Shown here one piece after another: positions 37,842-47,720 of a stretch of DNA of 64,000 nt. Below the pieces are notes generated by a model, which saw only the letters and a list, made by a program, of their open reading frames with translations, made no database searches and had not been told where the DNA came from. Source of the stretch: Rubrobacteraceae bacterium. Its GTDB lineage: Bacteria; Actinomycetota; Rubrobacteria; Rubrobacterales; Rubrobacteraceae. Made by a program: the position numbers and the translations under genes. The DNA is taken from NCBI GenBank assembly GCA_965213905.1, contig OZ243922.1, positions 2,226,230 through 2,290,229 of the forward strand, given 5' to 3'. Each line of letters starts with the position of its first letter. Position 1 is the first letter of the stretch.

Positions 37842-39419
37842 TTACTGTGGCCCGGGACCCGGGCGCCCCCGGCTCCGGGCGAGCCACGAAGCCGCGGCGC
37901 GTAGTTCTTGCGAGCCGAGGAGAAAAGCCACCCCGAGGTAGGCCGCAAACGACGCCCCGCCAACCCCGAGAAGCACGGACGCCCTCCCGGAAGAAGAGCC
38001 GGTCCCGGAGAGAAAGACCCCGGCCCGGGCAACGACGTACATCACGAGCCCGGCAGCCAGTATCCCGGCCAAAGACCTCATCAGCTGCCGGTCCTGTAGA
38101 ACTTTCACCTCCCGGTGCATGGCGAAGAGCAGGCCGGCCGCCAGCAGCGTGTAAGCCGCCGAGAACCCGAGCGCCACCCCGGCGAGGCCGGCAGGCTGCG
38201 AAAAGGCGTAGGCGAGGCCTATAAAGACGATGAAAAGGCCGACGTTGAGCCGGGCGGGTACTACAGAGTTCTGCCGGGCGTAGAAAGCGCGGACGAGCAA
38301 CAGTTGGACCGTATACCCCGGCAACCCGCCGGCGAACGCGGTGAGAACGGCCGCCACCAGCCGGGTGTCCCCGGGTCCGAACTCGCCGCGCTGGTAGAGT
38401 AGACCCACCAGCGGAACGGCGAACGCGACCAGAAAAACAAGCGCCGGAACGATCGCAAAGCCCGTGACACGCAGCCCGAAAGAAAGCGTGGCCCGGTAAC
38501 CAGCCGTGTCGCGGCGGGCGTGCTTTTCGGAGAGTTCCGGAACCAGGGCGGTCGTTATCGAGACGGCGAAGATACCGTAGGGGAGCAGGAAGACGATGAA
38601 GGCGTAGTAGAGCTCGTCCACCCCGTCAAAGCGGGAGGCTAAAAGGTTGGCGGCGACTTGCACCCCGACCGTCGCCGCCACGAAGACGAGCACCGGCGCG
38701 GCGAGCTTCAACGCCGTACCCAGGGCCGGATGCCCGAACTGGAGCCGGGGCCTGTACCCGAGCCTCACGGCGGGAGGCACCAGAAGAAGAGACATTACCG
38801 CGACGCCGAGCGTGGTGCCGCCGGCGAGCGTGTATATCGCGGCTTCCGGGTTGCGGCCGGCCAGAAAGGCGTAGGCGGCGAAAGAGAGAATAGAGATCAG
38901 GTTATTCAACACCGGGGCGAAGGTGGGCAGGAAGAAACGCCGGTGGGCGTTCAGGACCCCTGTGGCGAGCGCGCCCGCGCCGTAGAAAACTATCTGGAGC
39001 GCGAAAATCCGGAAGAGCAAGACCGCAAGCTCCGTCCGGCGTGCCGCTTCTCCGGAAGACAGCGTAGAAGAGCCGGACCAGTCGGTTGTCAGGAGGATTA
39101 TGGGACCGGCAAAGAGGATTCCCAAAACCGCGAGTATTCCCAGGAGGGGCAAGACGAGGGTGGAGAGCGCGTTTACGAAACTCCGGGCGTCCCGTTCGCC
39201 GTTGCGGGAGACGCGCTCCACGAGGAGGGGGACCAGGATCGAGGATAGCACCCCGCCCATAAACAGCTCGTAGATTTGGGTCGGCAGCGCGTTCGAGAGC
39301 GTGTACGCCCCGGCGACGGCCCCGGTCCCCAAAGCGCCGGCCTGGGCCATCGTCCGCAGGTAGCCGGTGGCCCGCGAGAGCGAAGTCGCCGCCGACATGG
39401 AAATGATGGATCTCAACAT
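37842..39419 (-). CDS. murJ: lipid II flippase MurJ
   Basis: N-terminus MLRSIISMSAATSLSRATGYLR, about 14 TM helices and the MOP superfamily pattern. The track extension to 39518 is judged spurious. Confidence 0.85.
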   Translation of the reverse strand: MLRSIISMSAATSLSRATGYLRTMAQAGALGTGAVAGAYTLSNALPTQIYELFMGGVLSSILVPLLVERVSRNGERDARSFVNALSTLVLPLLGILAVLGILFAGPIILLTTDWSGSSTLSSGEAARRTELAVLLFRIFALQIVFYGAGALATGVLNAHRRFFLPTFAPVLNNLISILSFAAYAFLAGRNPEAAIYTLAGGTTLGVAVMSLLLVPPAVRLGYRPRLQFGHPALGTALKLAAPVLVFVAATVGVQVAANLLASRFDGVDELYYAFIVFLLPYGIFAVSITTALVPELSEKHARRDTAGYRATLSFGLRVTGFAIVPALVFLVAFAVPLVGLLYQRGEFGPGDTRLVAAVLTAFAGGLPGYTVQLLLVRAFYARQNSVVPARLNVGLFIVFIGLAYAFSQPAGLAGVALGFSAAYTLLAAGLLFAMHREVKVLQDRQLMRSLAGILAAGLVMYVVARAGVFLSGTGSSSGRASVLLGVGGASFAAYLGVAFLLGSQELRAAASWLARSRGRPGPGPQ

Positions 39420-39550
39420 GTTCGTCACCCGTGGATGGTACATCCGTCGTCCCCGCCGCGCCGCCCCCGGTACCGGGCCGCGAGTAGGAGTAGAATTCCA
39501 CTGCGGAGAAAGGAGCAAAAGGTGATTACGGAAAAATTCAGGGTGGAGAA

Positions 39551-40615
39551 ATGAATTGCTATCCCATAAAACTCACTTACCACGTGCGGGCCTACGCTTT
39601 CGGGGAGCGTCTAATTCCTGAAATACTCGGCAAAACGGACGTTCCCGACGGCCTCGTGGCCGAGACCTGGGAAGTCAGCGACTACCGCGAGGCACGGGCG
39701 ACGGTGAAGAACGGCGAATACGCCGGACGCGGGCTTCACGGGCTCGTCGAGGAATTTCCGGGCGAGTTGGTCGGTGGGGGATGGCGGGGGCCGCACTTCC
39801 CGCTGCTGGAGAAGTTTATAGACGCCTCGCACATGCTCCCGGTACACCTCCACGCCGACGATGAGTCGGCGCGGAGAAAACACGGCGAGCCGCACGGCAA
39901 AACCGAGGCCTGGCACATCCTCTGGGCTGCCGAGGGCGCGACCATCCTAGCGGGCGTCCGGGAAGACGCCGGGCAAGACGAACTCTTCGAGGCGTTCAAG
40001 GCCCAGGATTACGACTCCGTCATGTTCCGGCACCCGATACGGGCCGGTGACACCATCTACGTGCCGGGCGGCATCCTGCACGCCTTCGGCCCCGACGCCC
40101 TGGTCTTCGAGGTACAACAAACCTCGGATCTCGGCCAGTTCGTTATGCCCGAAGACCTCTATGGCAACCGGCTGTCCGGGGAAGAGTGGGGCGCGAACAT
40201 CCGGGCCACGCTGGACGAGCTGAGAAGAGACTACGAGCCCCGTCCCAACTCCGGCCTGGTACTCGAAGACGGGAACAACCGTCGCATCCTCTGCTGCGCG
40301 GGGCCGCACTTCGCCCTCGAACGTTGGATGCTGACAGAACCCTACACTGGGCCTCCGCAGCCTCGGCGCTGCCGGACGCTATCGAACGTCGGGGACGCGG
40401 TGGGTATCGAGTACGCGGGCGGTGAGGAGCTTTTAGGACCCGGCGAGTCTTGTATCTTGCCGGCGGCTATAGGCGAGGTTCGCGTCGTTTTCGAGGGGGA
40501 GGCAAGCCTCGTAGTTTGCTACGTGCCGGACCTGGACCTGGACGTTGTGGCGCCCCTGCGGGAGGCGGGTTATTCGGACGGGGAGATTCGGGGGTTGGGA
40601 GAAGTAAATGTATGA
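39551..40615 (+). CDS. manA: class I mannose-6-phosphate isomerase (cupin)
   Basis: FPLLEKFIDASHMLPVHLH, GKTEAWHIL, YVPGGILHAFG, FEVQQTSD. Confidence 0.75.
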   Translation: MNCYPIKLTYHVRAYAFGERLIPEILGKTDVPDGLVAETWEVSDYREARATVKNGEYAGRGLHGLVEEFPGELVGGGWRGPHFPLLEKFIDASHMLPVHLHADDESARRKHGEPHGKTEAWHILWAAEGATILAGVREDAGQDELFEAFKAQDYDSVMFRHPIRAGDTIYVPGGILHAFGPDALVFEVQQTSDLGQFVMPEDLYGNRLSGEEWGANIRATLDELRRDYEPRPNSGLVLEDGNNRRILCCAGPHFALERWMLTEPYTGPPQPRRCRTLSNVGDAVGIEYAGGEELLGPGESCILPAAIGEVRVVFEGEASLVVCYVPDLDLDVVAPLREAGYSDGEIRGLGEVNV

Positions 40616-40645
40616 CTACTTAGAAGGCTGCACGAGGAGGACGTT

Positions 40646-41599
40646 TTGGGGAAGGTAGTGGCTTTGGGCGAGGTCGTTGCGGACATCTACCGGGGCGGGG
40701 GTGGCTCGCCGGTCGCGATGCCGTTCACGGCGCGGCCCGGCGGCGCGCCGGCGAACATCGCCGTGGCGGTTTCGAGGCTCGGGACGGAGGCGGCGTTCGT
40801 CGGGGGCGTGGGCGACGACCTGTTCGGTAATTTCATCCTCCAGGCCCTGGAGGCCGAAGGCGTGGATGCCGGCGGCGTACGGCGCTGCGACCCGCCGACG
40901 CGCACCTCGCTGGCTTTCGTGGAGATAGACGATGCGGGTGACCGGGAGTTCACCTTCTACCGCTCGGACCCGGCCGCCGACGAGCTACTCTCGCCGGAAG
41001 ACATCTCCGAGGATCTCTTTGCCGGAGCCTCGTTCCTGAACTTCGGGAGCATACCGCTCATCCAGGACCCGGTGGCGGCCGCGACCCGGGAGGCCGCGAA
41101 GCTCGCCGCCGACGCAGGCGTCACCGTGGCCTTCGACGTGAACTTCCGGGAGCACCTCTGGGAGGACGTCGAGGCCGCCCGCGAGGCCGTGGACCCGCTT
41201 ATCGACCTGTCGAACATCGTCAAACTTAGCGAGGACGAACTCTCGCCGCTGCTCGGCGTGGAAAGCAGCGAAGAAGCCGCCCGGACGCTTCTGGACCGGG
41301 GTGTGGAACTGGTCCTGATCAGCCTGGGTCCGGACGGCGCTTTCTACGCCACCCCCGGGTTCAGCGGCTCCGTACCGGCTTTCGAGGTAGAAGTATTGGA
41401 CGCCACCGGGGCCGGGGATGCTTTTCTGGCCGCGGCTTTGTCGCGCCTGGCCGGAGAAAGCCTGGCTGACGAAGAGGCCGTGCGTGAGGCGGCCCGGCGT
41501 GGAACGGCCGCCGGCGCGATGGCCTGCACGGACTACGGCGCCATGAGCGCCCTGCCGACCAAGAAGGAACTGGAACGTTTTATCGGGGAGAGAAGTTAG
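40646..41599 (+). CDS. PfkB-family sugar kinase (fructokinase-like)
   Basis: GGAPANIAVAVSRLG and the C-terminal DATGAGDAF motif. Confidence 0.85.
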   Translation: MGKVVALGEVVADIYRGGGGSPVAMPFTARPGGAPANIAVAVSRLGTEAAFVGGVGDDLFGNFILQALEAEGVDAGGVRRCDPPTRTSLAFVEIDDAGDREFTFYRSDPAADELLSPEDISEDLFAGASFLNFGSIPLIQDPVAAATREAAKLAADAGVTVAFDVNFREHLWEDVEAAREAVDPLIDLSNIVKLSEDELSPLLGVESSEEAARTLLDRGVELVLISLGPDGAFYATPGFSGSVPAFEVEVLDATGAGDAFLAAALSRLAGESLADEEAVREAARRGTAAGAMACTDYGAMSALPTKKELERFIGERS

Positions 41600-41707
41600 C
41601 GGTTCGCAGGGCGACGTGTGATGACGTTGGGTTTCGACGCTTTGTTTTTTGCTGACGGCCGAAGTGCTGACAGGCTGAAACCCTCCGCCAGCGCCTGCTA
41701 GCGCCTG

Positions 41708-42799
41708 CTAACGTCGGACCTCGCTGACCACGACCGGGACGTCCACTAGTTCGGATAGCCTCCGGGCCAGGGGACGCAGGGAGGGCAGCTCCGTCGCCGC
41801 GTGGCCGGCGTCTATCGCCGCGAGGCCGAGGGATTTCGCCAGAAGGGCGTCGTGGTAGTCCAGGTCTCCGGTGACGTAGGCTCCCGCCCCTGATGTCGCC
41901 ACCTCCCGGACGAACGAACCGCCGGAACCCCCGAGAACGGCGACGCGCCGGATGGTTCGCCCGGGCTCCGGGTTTGCGACCAGGCGGGCCTCGGAGCCCA
42001 GAGACCGCGAGATGTCCCGCGCCAACCCTTCCGGGGTGGACGTTTGCGGCAGCCGGCCGAGACGGCCGTAGCCGCAGCCTTCCGGATGGCCTTCGACGGG
42101 GTACAAGTCCAGGGCCGTTTCTTCGTAGGGGTGGGCGGCGGTTGCGGCTTTTGCGGCCCCGTTCGCGAGGTGTGCCGGGACCACGGTTTCCAGCCGGATC
42201 TCCGGCTCCCGCCCCAGTTCGCCCCGTTCGCCCGAATACGGGTTTGCCGACGCGCCCGGCAGGAAAGTCCCGGTTCCGGGGGTGCGGAAGGTACACTTTT
42301 TGTAGTCTCCGATCACCCCGGCCCCGGCGGCGTCTAGTGCGTCCGCGACTTCCTCGACGTACGCCTCCGGCACGAACACCACGAGCTTGCACAGCCCGCC
42401 CCGGGGCGAGACGACCCTCAGAGGTCCCTCAAGGCCGACGGCCTCCGCAAGTGCGACTGAGACCCCATCGGGGGCGGCGTCGTAGTTCGTGTGGGCGGCG
42501 TAAACGTTCAGGCCGTTGCGTGCGGCCCGGAACACGAGGTTGCCCGGATAGGAGCCGGCGTCAACGGAGTTCAAGCCGCCGAAGATCAGGGGGTGGTGAA
42601 ACAAGAGGAAATCCGCGCCCCACTCCTCAGCCTCGTCGAAGACTTCCGGAAGCGGCGTGAGCGCGACCAGGACCTTCGCGACCTCCGCCGCCGGGTTCCC
42701 GGCCTGGAGCCCGCAGTTGTCCCAGCCCTCCGCCAGAGAGGGCGGCGCTATTTTATCCACGGCCGTTGCTATATCCCGAACTTTGGTCACGGCCTGCAT
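41708..42799 (-). CDS. Nif3-like dinuclear metal centre protein (with inserted domain)
   Basis: GWDNCGLQ, HHPLIF, AHTNYD and GHAATE. ATG 42799 gives the typical N-terminus MQAVTKVRDI. Confidence 0.85.
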   Translation of the reverse strand: MQAVTKVRDIATAVDKIAPPSLAEGWDNCGLQAGNPAAEVAKVLVALTPLPEVFDEAEEWGADFLLFHHPLIFGGLNSVDAGSYPGNLVFRAARNGLNVYAAHTNYDAAPDGVSVALAEAVGLEGPLRVVSPRGGLCKLVVFVPEAYVEEVADALDAAGAGVIGDYKKCTFRTPGTGTFLPGASANPYSGERGELGREPEIRLETVVPAHLANGAAKAATAAHPYEETALDLYPVEGHPEGCGYGRLGRLPQTSTPEGLARDISRSLGSEARLVANPEPGRTIRRVAVLGGSGGSFVREVATSGAGAYVTGDLDYHDALLAKSLGLAAIDAGHAATELPSLRPLARRLSELVDVPVVVSEVRR

Positions 42800-43398
42800 T
42801 GTACAATTCCCGGACCTTGAGCCCGAACCGAAACACAAAGTTCGCTGAACTTATCTCCAACGCCACCCGGTTGCCCTTGATCTCCGTCCCGCTCTTTCCC
42901 ATCGTCGGCGCGGCTTCCGGCGGCTTGCGGGGGGTTGGCTGGGCCATCCTCGGCTTGTTTCTGACCAGCGGGCTTTCGTTGGTTTACCTCTCGTACCTGA
43001 CGCGGACGGGCAAAGTGCGGGACCCGCGTCGAATTTCGCGGGCCGAGCGCGTTCGTCCCCTGCGGGTGGTCGCGGTGCTGCACGCGGGGGCGTTTTTGGT
43101 GCTGCTATCCGGCGCCCCCTCACAACTTCAGGCTATCCTGCTCTCCTACGCCATCTCGACGGCGCTGTTCGCGCTACTCACGCCGGTCACGAACCTTTCG
43201 CTGCATTCCGCCGGCGTCTCCGGCGCGGTGGTTTGTTTGGTCTACGTGTTCGGGGCGTGGGCGGCGCCCTCGGTGGTCGTTTTGCCCCTGGTGTGGTGGG
43301 CGCGGAGGGTGTTGGGCCGGCACACCAACCTGGAACTTGCCCTGGGGGTACTGGTCGGGGGAGGCGGAACGGCGTTCGCCTTTCAGTTACTCGGCTAG
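42766..43398 (+). CDS. membrane protein with weak PAP2-like phosphatase motifs
   Basis: 5-6 TM helices. Possible C2/C3-like motifs SLHSAG and RRVLGRHTNLE. The start is uncertain because the track start overlaps the nif3-like 5' end. Confidence 0.4.
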   Translation: MLYPELWSRPALYNSRTLSPNRNTKFAELISNATRLPLISVPLFPIVGAASGGLRGVGWAILGLFLTSGLSLVYLSYLTRTGKVRDPRRISRAERVRPLRVVAVLHAGAFLVLLSGAPSQLQAILLSYAISTALFALLTPVTNLSLHSAGVSGAVVCLVYVFGAWAAPSVVVLPLVWWARRVLGRHTNLELALGVLVGGGGTAFAFQLLG

Positions 43399-43420
43399 GA
43401 CGGAGTCGTCTTCGCGCTGC

Positions 43421-44182
43421 TTACGCTTTGAGGCGGTAGCCGGTCTTGAAGACCCACCACACCGCCGTCATGCAAACGGCGAGGAATACCATCGTCATGG
43501 TTATGCTGACGCCGACGCCCACGTCGGCCATCCCGTAGAAGCTCCAGCGGAAGCCGCTGATCAGGTAAACGACCGGGTTAAAGAGCGTGGCCGTCTGCCA
43601 AAACGGCGGCAACACGTCTATAGAGTAGAAGCTGCCGCCGAGGAAGATTAGGGGTGTAACTATGAGGAACGGCACGAGTTGCAGCTTCTCGAAGCCGTCG
43701 GCCCAGATGCCGAGCAGGAAGCCGAAGAGGCTGAAAGTTATGGCCGTAAGCAGGAGGAACGTAATCATCCATACCGGGTGGGCGATCTCGATGGGCACGA
43801 ACAAGCCGGCGGTGGCGAGGATGATCAGGGCCAGGATTATAGACTTGGTGGCGGCGGCCCCGACGTAGCCGAGCACGATCTCGACGTACGAAACGGGCGC
43901 CGAGAGGATCTCGTAGATCGTGCCGGTAAACTTGGGGAAGAAGATGCCAAACGCCGCATTCGTGATGCTCTGCGTCAACAGCGACAGCATGATTAAACCC
44001 GGCACGATAAAAGCGCCGTAGCTGATCCCGTCAATGTTTTGTATGCGCGAGCCGATGGCCGCCCCGAAGACCACGAAGTACAGCGAGGTGGAGATGACCG
44101 GCGAAACTATGCTCTGCAGTAGCGTCCGCCAGGTACGGGCCATCTCGAACTTGTAGATCGCCCGGATAGCGTAGAAGTTCAT
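43421..44182 (-). CDS. ABC-2 type transporter permease
   Basis: 253 aa, six TM helices, ABC-2 pattern. 4-bp overlap with the upstream ATPase gene. Confidence 0.85.
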   Translation of the reverse strand: MNFYAIRAIYKFEMARTWRTLLQSIVSPVISTSLYFVVFGAAIGSRIQNIDGISYGAFIVPGLIMLSLLTQSITNAAFGIFFPKFTGTIYEILSAPVSYVEIVLGYVGAAATKSIILALIILATAGLFVPIEIAHPVWMITFLLLTAITFSLFGFLLGIWADGFEKLQLVPFLIVTPLIFLGGSFYSIDVLPPFWQTATLFNPVVYLISGFRWSFYGMADVGVGVSITMTMVFLAVCMTAVWWVFKTGYRLKA

Positions 44183-45105
44183 TTGCCCTCTTTCACCAGG
44201 TTGACGAAAATTTCCTCCAACGAGTTCTGACGCGTCTGGAGGTCGCTGAACCTTACACCTGCACTATTGAGGTCCGAGAGCAGGGCGGCGATGTCCGTGC
44301 GGCCGTTTTGCGAGTCGTAGGTGTAGACCAACTCGTTGCCGCTCGCGGCGAGATCCAGGTTGTAGCCGGTGAGCGCGTCCGGGATTTCTTCCAGCGCGTC
44401 GTGCAGTTGCAGGGCCAACTGCTTTTTGCCGAGTTTGCGCATAAGCTCCGCCTTATCTTCGACCAGCATGATCTTCCCGTCGTCTATGACTCCTATGCGG
44501 TCGGCCATCTCCTCCGCCTCGTTAATGTAGTGGGTGGTGAGGATGATGGTCACGCCGGTCTCGCGCAGCGCGCGCACGTTCTGCCACATCTCCCGGCGCA
44601 GCTCCACATCCACCCCGGCGGTCGGCTCGTCGAGAAACAGAATCCGCGGCTCGTGGGAGAGGGCCTTCGCGATCATCACCCGGCGCTTCATTCCTCCCGA
44701 GAGCGTTACTATCTTGTCGTCCTTCTTTTTCCAGAGGGACAGGTCACGGAGCACCTTCTCGACGTACTCGGGGTTTGCCTTTTTGCCGAAAAGACCGCGG
44801 CTAAAGTTGACGGTGGCCCACACGGTCTCGAACGAATCCGTCGTAAGTTCTTGGGGAACTAGCCCGATCATGGACCGGGCCGCCCGGTACTCGGAGATGA
44901 TGTCGTGGCCGTCGGCCAGCACCTCGCCCTCCGTCGGGTTTACGATCCCGCAGATAACGCTGATCAGGGTGGTCTTCCCGGCCCCGTTCGGCCCAAGAAG
45001 GGCGAAGATCTCCCCACGCTTAATTTCCAAATCAACGTTTTTGAGTGCCTGAAACCCCGAGTCGTAGGTCTTCGAAAGCCCGGACACGGAAACGATGGGC
45101 CCCAA
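44179..45105 (-). CDS. ABC transporter ATP-binding protein
   Basis: Walker [10 protein letters not shown], signature LSGGMKRR, Walker B ILFLDEP. Confidence 0.92.
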   Translation of the reverse strand: MGPIVSVSGLSKTYDSGFQALKNVDLEIKRGEIFALLGPNGAGKTTLISVICGIVNPTEGEVLADGHDIISEYRAARSMIGLVPQELTTDSFETVWATVNFSRGLFGKKANPEYVEKVLRDLSLWKKKDDKIVTLSGGMKRRVMIAKALSHEPRILFLDEPTAGVDVELRREMWQNVRALRETGVTIILTTHYINEAEEMADRIGVIDDGKIMLVEDKAELMRKLGKKQLALQLHDALEEIPDALTGYNLDLAASGNELVYTYDSQNGRTDIAALLSDLNSAGVRFSDLQTRQNSLEEIFVNLVKEGK

Positions 45106-45346
45106 GATCAGCGTCTCAATCCCAGGGCGGCCGGTAAGATGATTAATCTAGAGGTCAAAAGCTCGTGCTCCGTCTTATATCGTGTATTTCGCAACATTGC
45201 CTTCCTGCCGCGACAACTTATAGTTTAAGCGGAACGCCCCGGGTTACCAAGCATTTCTTTCACCCAATAATTTCGGATAGCCGTTTACGTTCGGCTACCA
45301 AAAACGTGGACCGGGTTTTCGGGCCAAAGAAAATTGCCTAAAGGAG

Positions 45347-45419
45347 TGGACCCGACGAGACTCGAACTCGTGGCCTCTGCCATGCGAAGGCAGCGCTCTC
45401 CCAACTGAGCTACGGGCCC
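45347..45419 (-). tRNA. tRNA-Ala (CGC)
   Basis: The reverse complement folds as GGGCCCG...CGGGTCC-A with the G3:U70 identity pair and anticodon arm CTGCC-TTCGCAT-GGCAG. 73 nt. Confidence 0.9.
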
Positions 45420-45477
45420 GGATAAGCTATGGCTATTTTAGCCGAATGCGGATGGCTTACAAGCCAACCATTATTGT

Positions 45478-45521
45478 GTGGGCGATGCTGGTTTCGAACC
45501 AGCGACCTCTGCCGTGTGAAG
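45478..45521. repeat. displaced tRNA-Val 3'-half copy (att site)
   Basis: 44/44 identical to 50970-51013. There is no tRNA 5' half next to it. It lies 58 bp from tRNA-Ala. Confidence 0.9.
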
Positions 45522-45571
45522 TCTGCCCGCGACATTCTACCACGTACTACTGCGTCCCAAAATTATGCTGT

Positions 45572-45656
45572 TTTGCAGGTATTTTGTAAAATTAGTGATG
45601 GCAGTATGTCCGCCGCGTACGCGCCTGTACCAGCCGGGTTGCAGTACGGTTGCAGT
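45572..45656. repeat. arm-type repeat cluster, left end of islet
   Basis: TTTGCAGGTATTT (45572-45584) and GTTGCAGTACGGTTGCAGT (45638-45656). Both recur at the right end. Confidence 0.6.
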
Positions 45657-45714
45657 AACTTTCCGGCTCCGCAAAGTAGCGAGTGTACAACAAAAATGAT
45701 GTATACTAAGTTGG

Positions 45715-46164
45715 ATGATACTGCGGTTCACTGAGGAAGGGCTGCTCCCTCCGGGCGTTCACCAGACGGATCTGGGGGAACTCAAGGAGAATATGGGTTG
45801 GAGTCGCAGGAGGCGAGAGTTGCTCGAAGGGCTGGAAGATGTCCTTGGGTTGATGACGTACTGCGGCGTGGCGAGGGTCTACTTCGACGGGAGCTTCGTA
45901 ACTGATAAGGACCGTCCAAACGACATAGACGGTTGCTACGATTTGTCGGAGGACGTTACCTCGGAGGACCTCAAGCGGTTGGCTCCAATCTTTCCACCGA
46001 GTCCGGCCAATCGGACAGAGGCCAAGAGGCGTTTCGGCGTCGACCTCTTCCCGGCCGCGGCCACGGAGCTAGGATTTGGACAGCCTTTCCTGCGATTCTT
46101 CCAGACAGATCGAGAAGGCCGCGAGCGTGGTGTGCTCTCAGTGGAACTGCAAGTGGGGAGGTGA
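45715..46164 (+). CDS. minimal Pol-beta-fold nucleotidyltransferase (candidate toxin)
   Basis: 149 aa. NTase signature FDGSFVTDKDRPNDIDG (GS ... DxD). TATACT -10 box ends 7 nt before the ATG, so the mRNA is probably leaderless. Confidence 0.65.
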   Translation: MILRFTEEGLLPPGVHQTDLGELKENMGWSRRRRELLEGLEDVLGLMTYCGVARVYFDGSFVTDKDRPNDIDGCYDLSEDVTSEDLKRLAPIFPPSPANRTEAKRRFGVDLFPAAATELGFGQPFLRFFQTDREGRERGVLSVELQVGR

Positions 46165-46168
46165 AGGT

Positions 46169-46627
46169 ATGATCCGCAACGATAAGGAATATCGGCAAAG
46201 CAAGAAACGGCTCTCGGAGCTTGAGACGGAGTCGCAGGGGCTCTCATCACGTAGCCATTCGGCACAGCGGGACGAGGTAGTCTCAGCAGTGATCGACGCA
46301 CTGCGGATCCAGATCGAGGATATGCAGCGCGAGATCTCCGAATACGAGGATCTGAAGGAAGGGCGTCTCCTTTCCTTTGGCGCCGACGATCTAGACTCCC
46401 TCGGGGAACTGATAGTCAAAGCGCGCATTGCCGGGGGGCTCACGCAGGCCGAGCTCGGCGAACTGCTCGGCATGACCCAGCAGCAGGTGGCGCGCTACGA
46501 GCGGGACGGTTGGCAGAAGATCAGCTTGTGGCGTCTGGCCGAAGCCGCCGACGCTTTAGGGCTAGATCTGAATGTCCGTGCCCGACTCCCTGCTTCTAGC
46601 CATGTAAGGTCGGCTGGCGTCGGTTAG
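46169..46627 (+). CDS. HigA-like XRE-family HTH protein (candidate antitoxin/regulator)
   Basis: ATG 46169 with GGAGG 7 nt upstream, 4 nt after the NTase stop. N-terminal IRNDKEYRQSKKRLSEL helix and C-terminal HTH GLTQAELGELLGMTQQQVARYE. Confidence 0.7.
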   Translation: MIRNDKEYRQSKKRLSELETESQGLSSRSHSAQRDEVVSAVIDALRIQIEDMQREISEYEDLKEGRLLSFGADDLDSLGELIVKARIAGGLTQAELGELLGMTQQQVARYERDGWQKISLWRLAEAADALGLDLNVRARLPASSHVRSAGVG

Positions 46628-46751
46628 CGATGAAAGCACCGTCGGTAGCTCTATGCGCACCCGGAATTCGACGACTCTTCGGATTCCGGTACGCAAGTGG
46701 CGCGATACACCGTAGCATCCATGTAGTCACAAACGAACTCGAGAGGACTAC

Positions 46752-46949
46752 ATGAACGAACAGCAGTACGAGTGGCTGAAGGTGCCGGAAGTGGCAGAAG
46801 AGCTTCGGATAGCGTGCAGCCGCGCCTACGAGTTGGTTGCGGACGGCGAGATCCCGGCCGTCAAGATCGGTCGCAGTGTCCGGGTAAGTCGGAAGGAGCT
46901 CGACCGGTGGCTCGAAGACCAACGCTATCTGGATGTCGTCCGGGGCTAG
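46752..46949 (+). CDS. excisionase-family (HTH_17/MerR-like) DNA-binding protein
   Basis: 65 aa. WLKVPEVAEELRIACSRAYELVADGEIPAVKIGRSVRVSRKELDRWL, the typical Xis/AlpA-type fold pattern. Confidence 0.75.
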   Translation: MNEQQYEWLKVPEVAEELRIACSRAYELVADGEIPAVKIGRSVRVSRKELDRWLEDQRYLDVVRG

Positions 46950-46997
46950 GATCTTTCGGGCAGCACGGATGCCGGTGCTTACACCCGTCCGTTCTCA

Positions 46998-47720
46998 CTA
47001 CTCGACACGCAAACCAAGAAGGGTGGCCGCTTCCACGAGGCCTTGGTCCCGGGCTTGGATCGGCTCTGCCACCTCACCGGGCTCGTGACGCATCCGGTCG
47101 TGGAAGACAGCCCACAACTCCCATCCAGGGTTGAGACGCGAAAGGTAGCAGATACCTGCAAAGATGGGCCGTCCCGTATCGTCGGTCTGCTCATAGACGT
47201 ATCTCGCCACTTCCTGCGTCAGACGGCGATGCGGACCGGTCACCGCGCTCAGGTCTATGTCCTCTAAGCCAGGCTCTCCTACTACCGCTGCCAACTCTCT
47301 CCGCAAGACACGCATCGTCTCCGGAGCAGGGAGGTCGGCGAAGAGCAGGTCCGGCGCCAAACGGGTCGAGCCTACGCGACGGCTCAGACGCCATTCCTCG
47401 GGGACCACGCCCCCTTCGAGCTCCGGATCCAGGGCCTCATCATCCTCGACCGCTTCCAGTCCCGCGAGCAAACCCACGCTCGGCCTGAAGCGCGCAATGG
47501 TTTCCCCGAACGCCCCGGCCCGCTCGGTAGCGCAGTACACAATTCGGTAACGCTCACTCTCCGGCAGACCATGTTCCGCAGAAGGATCATCAAAGCGATT
47601 CCCGAAGGTCCCATCCTCCAGCGCGTAGGCCCAGTCCGGTGGGGCGAAGGCGTCGAAGCCTCTGCCCACCCGGTAGACCGTCTCCGGCGGCCTTACGTCC
47701 GGCAGCGGTGCGTCAACCAC
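46998..47720 (-). CDS. RES-domain toxin (NAD+ phosphorylase/ADP-ribosyltransferase family)
   Basis: R-E-S triad context: GNRFDDP, YCATERAGAFGE, ICYLSRLNPGWELWAVF. 8-bp overlap with the upstream antitoxin gene. Confidence 0.8.
   Translation of the reverse strand: MVDAPLPDVRPPETVYRVGRGFDAFAPPDWAYALEDGTFGNRFDDPSAEHGLPESERYRIVYCATERAGAFGETIARFRPSVGLLAGLEAVEDDEALDPELEGGVVPEEWRLSRRVGSTRLAPDLLFADLPAPETMRVLRRELAAVVGEPGLEDIDLSAVTGPHRRLTQEVARYVYEQTDDTGRPIFAGICYLSRLNPGWELWAVFHDRMRHEPGEVAEPIQARDQGLVEAATLLGLRVE

Noticed and set aside
41580-42660. Long Arg/Pro/Gly-rich ORFs (41580-42392 minus, 41893-42660 plus) over the nif3-like gene
   Set aside because: These are shadow frames of the Nif3-like CDS, which has all its family motifs. 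Their composition is implausible for real proteins.
45522-45714. Possible integrase remnant at the islet ends (also 50797-50968)
   Set aside because: I read all six frames. Only short, motif-less ORFs are present (e.g. 45537-45731 minus), with no R..H..R..Y tyrosine recombinase or serine recombinase pattern. The space is occupied by repeats, a promoter and a terminator.
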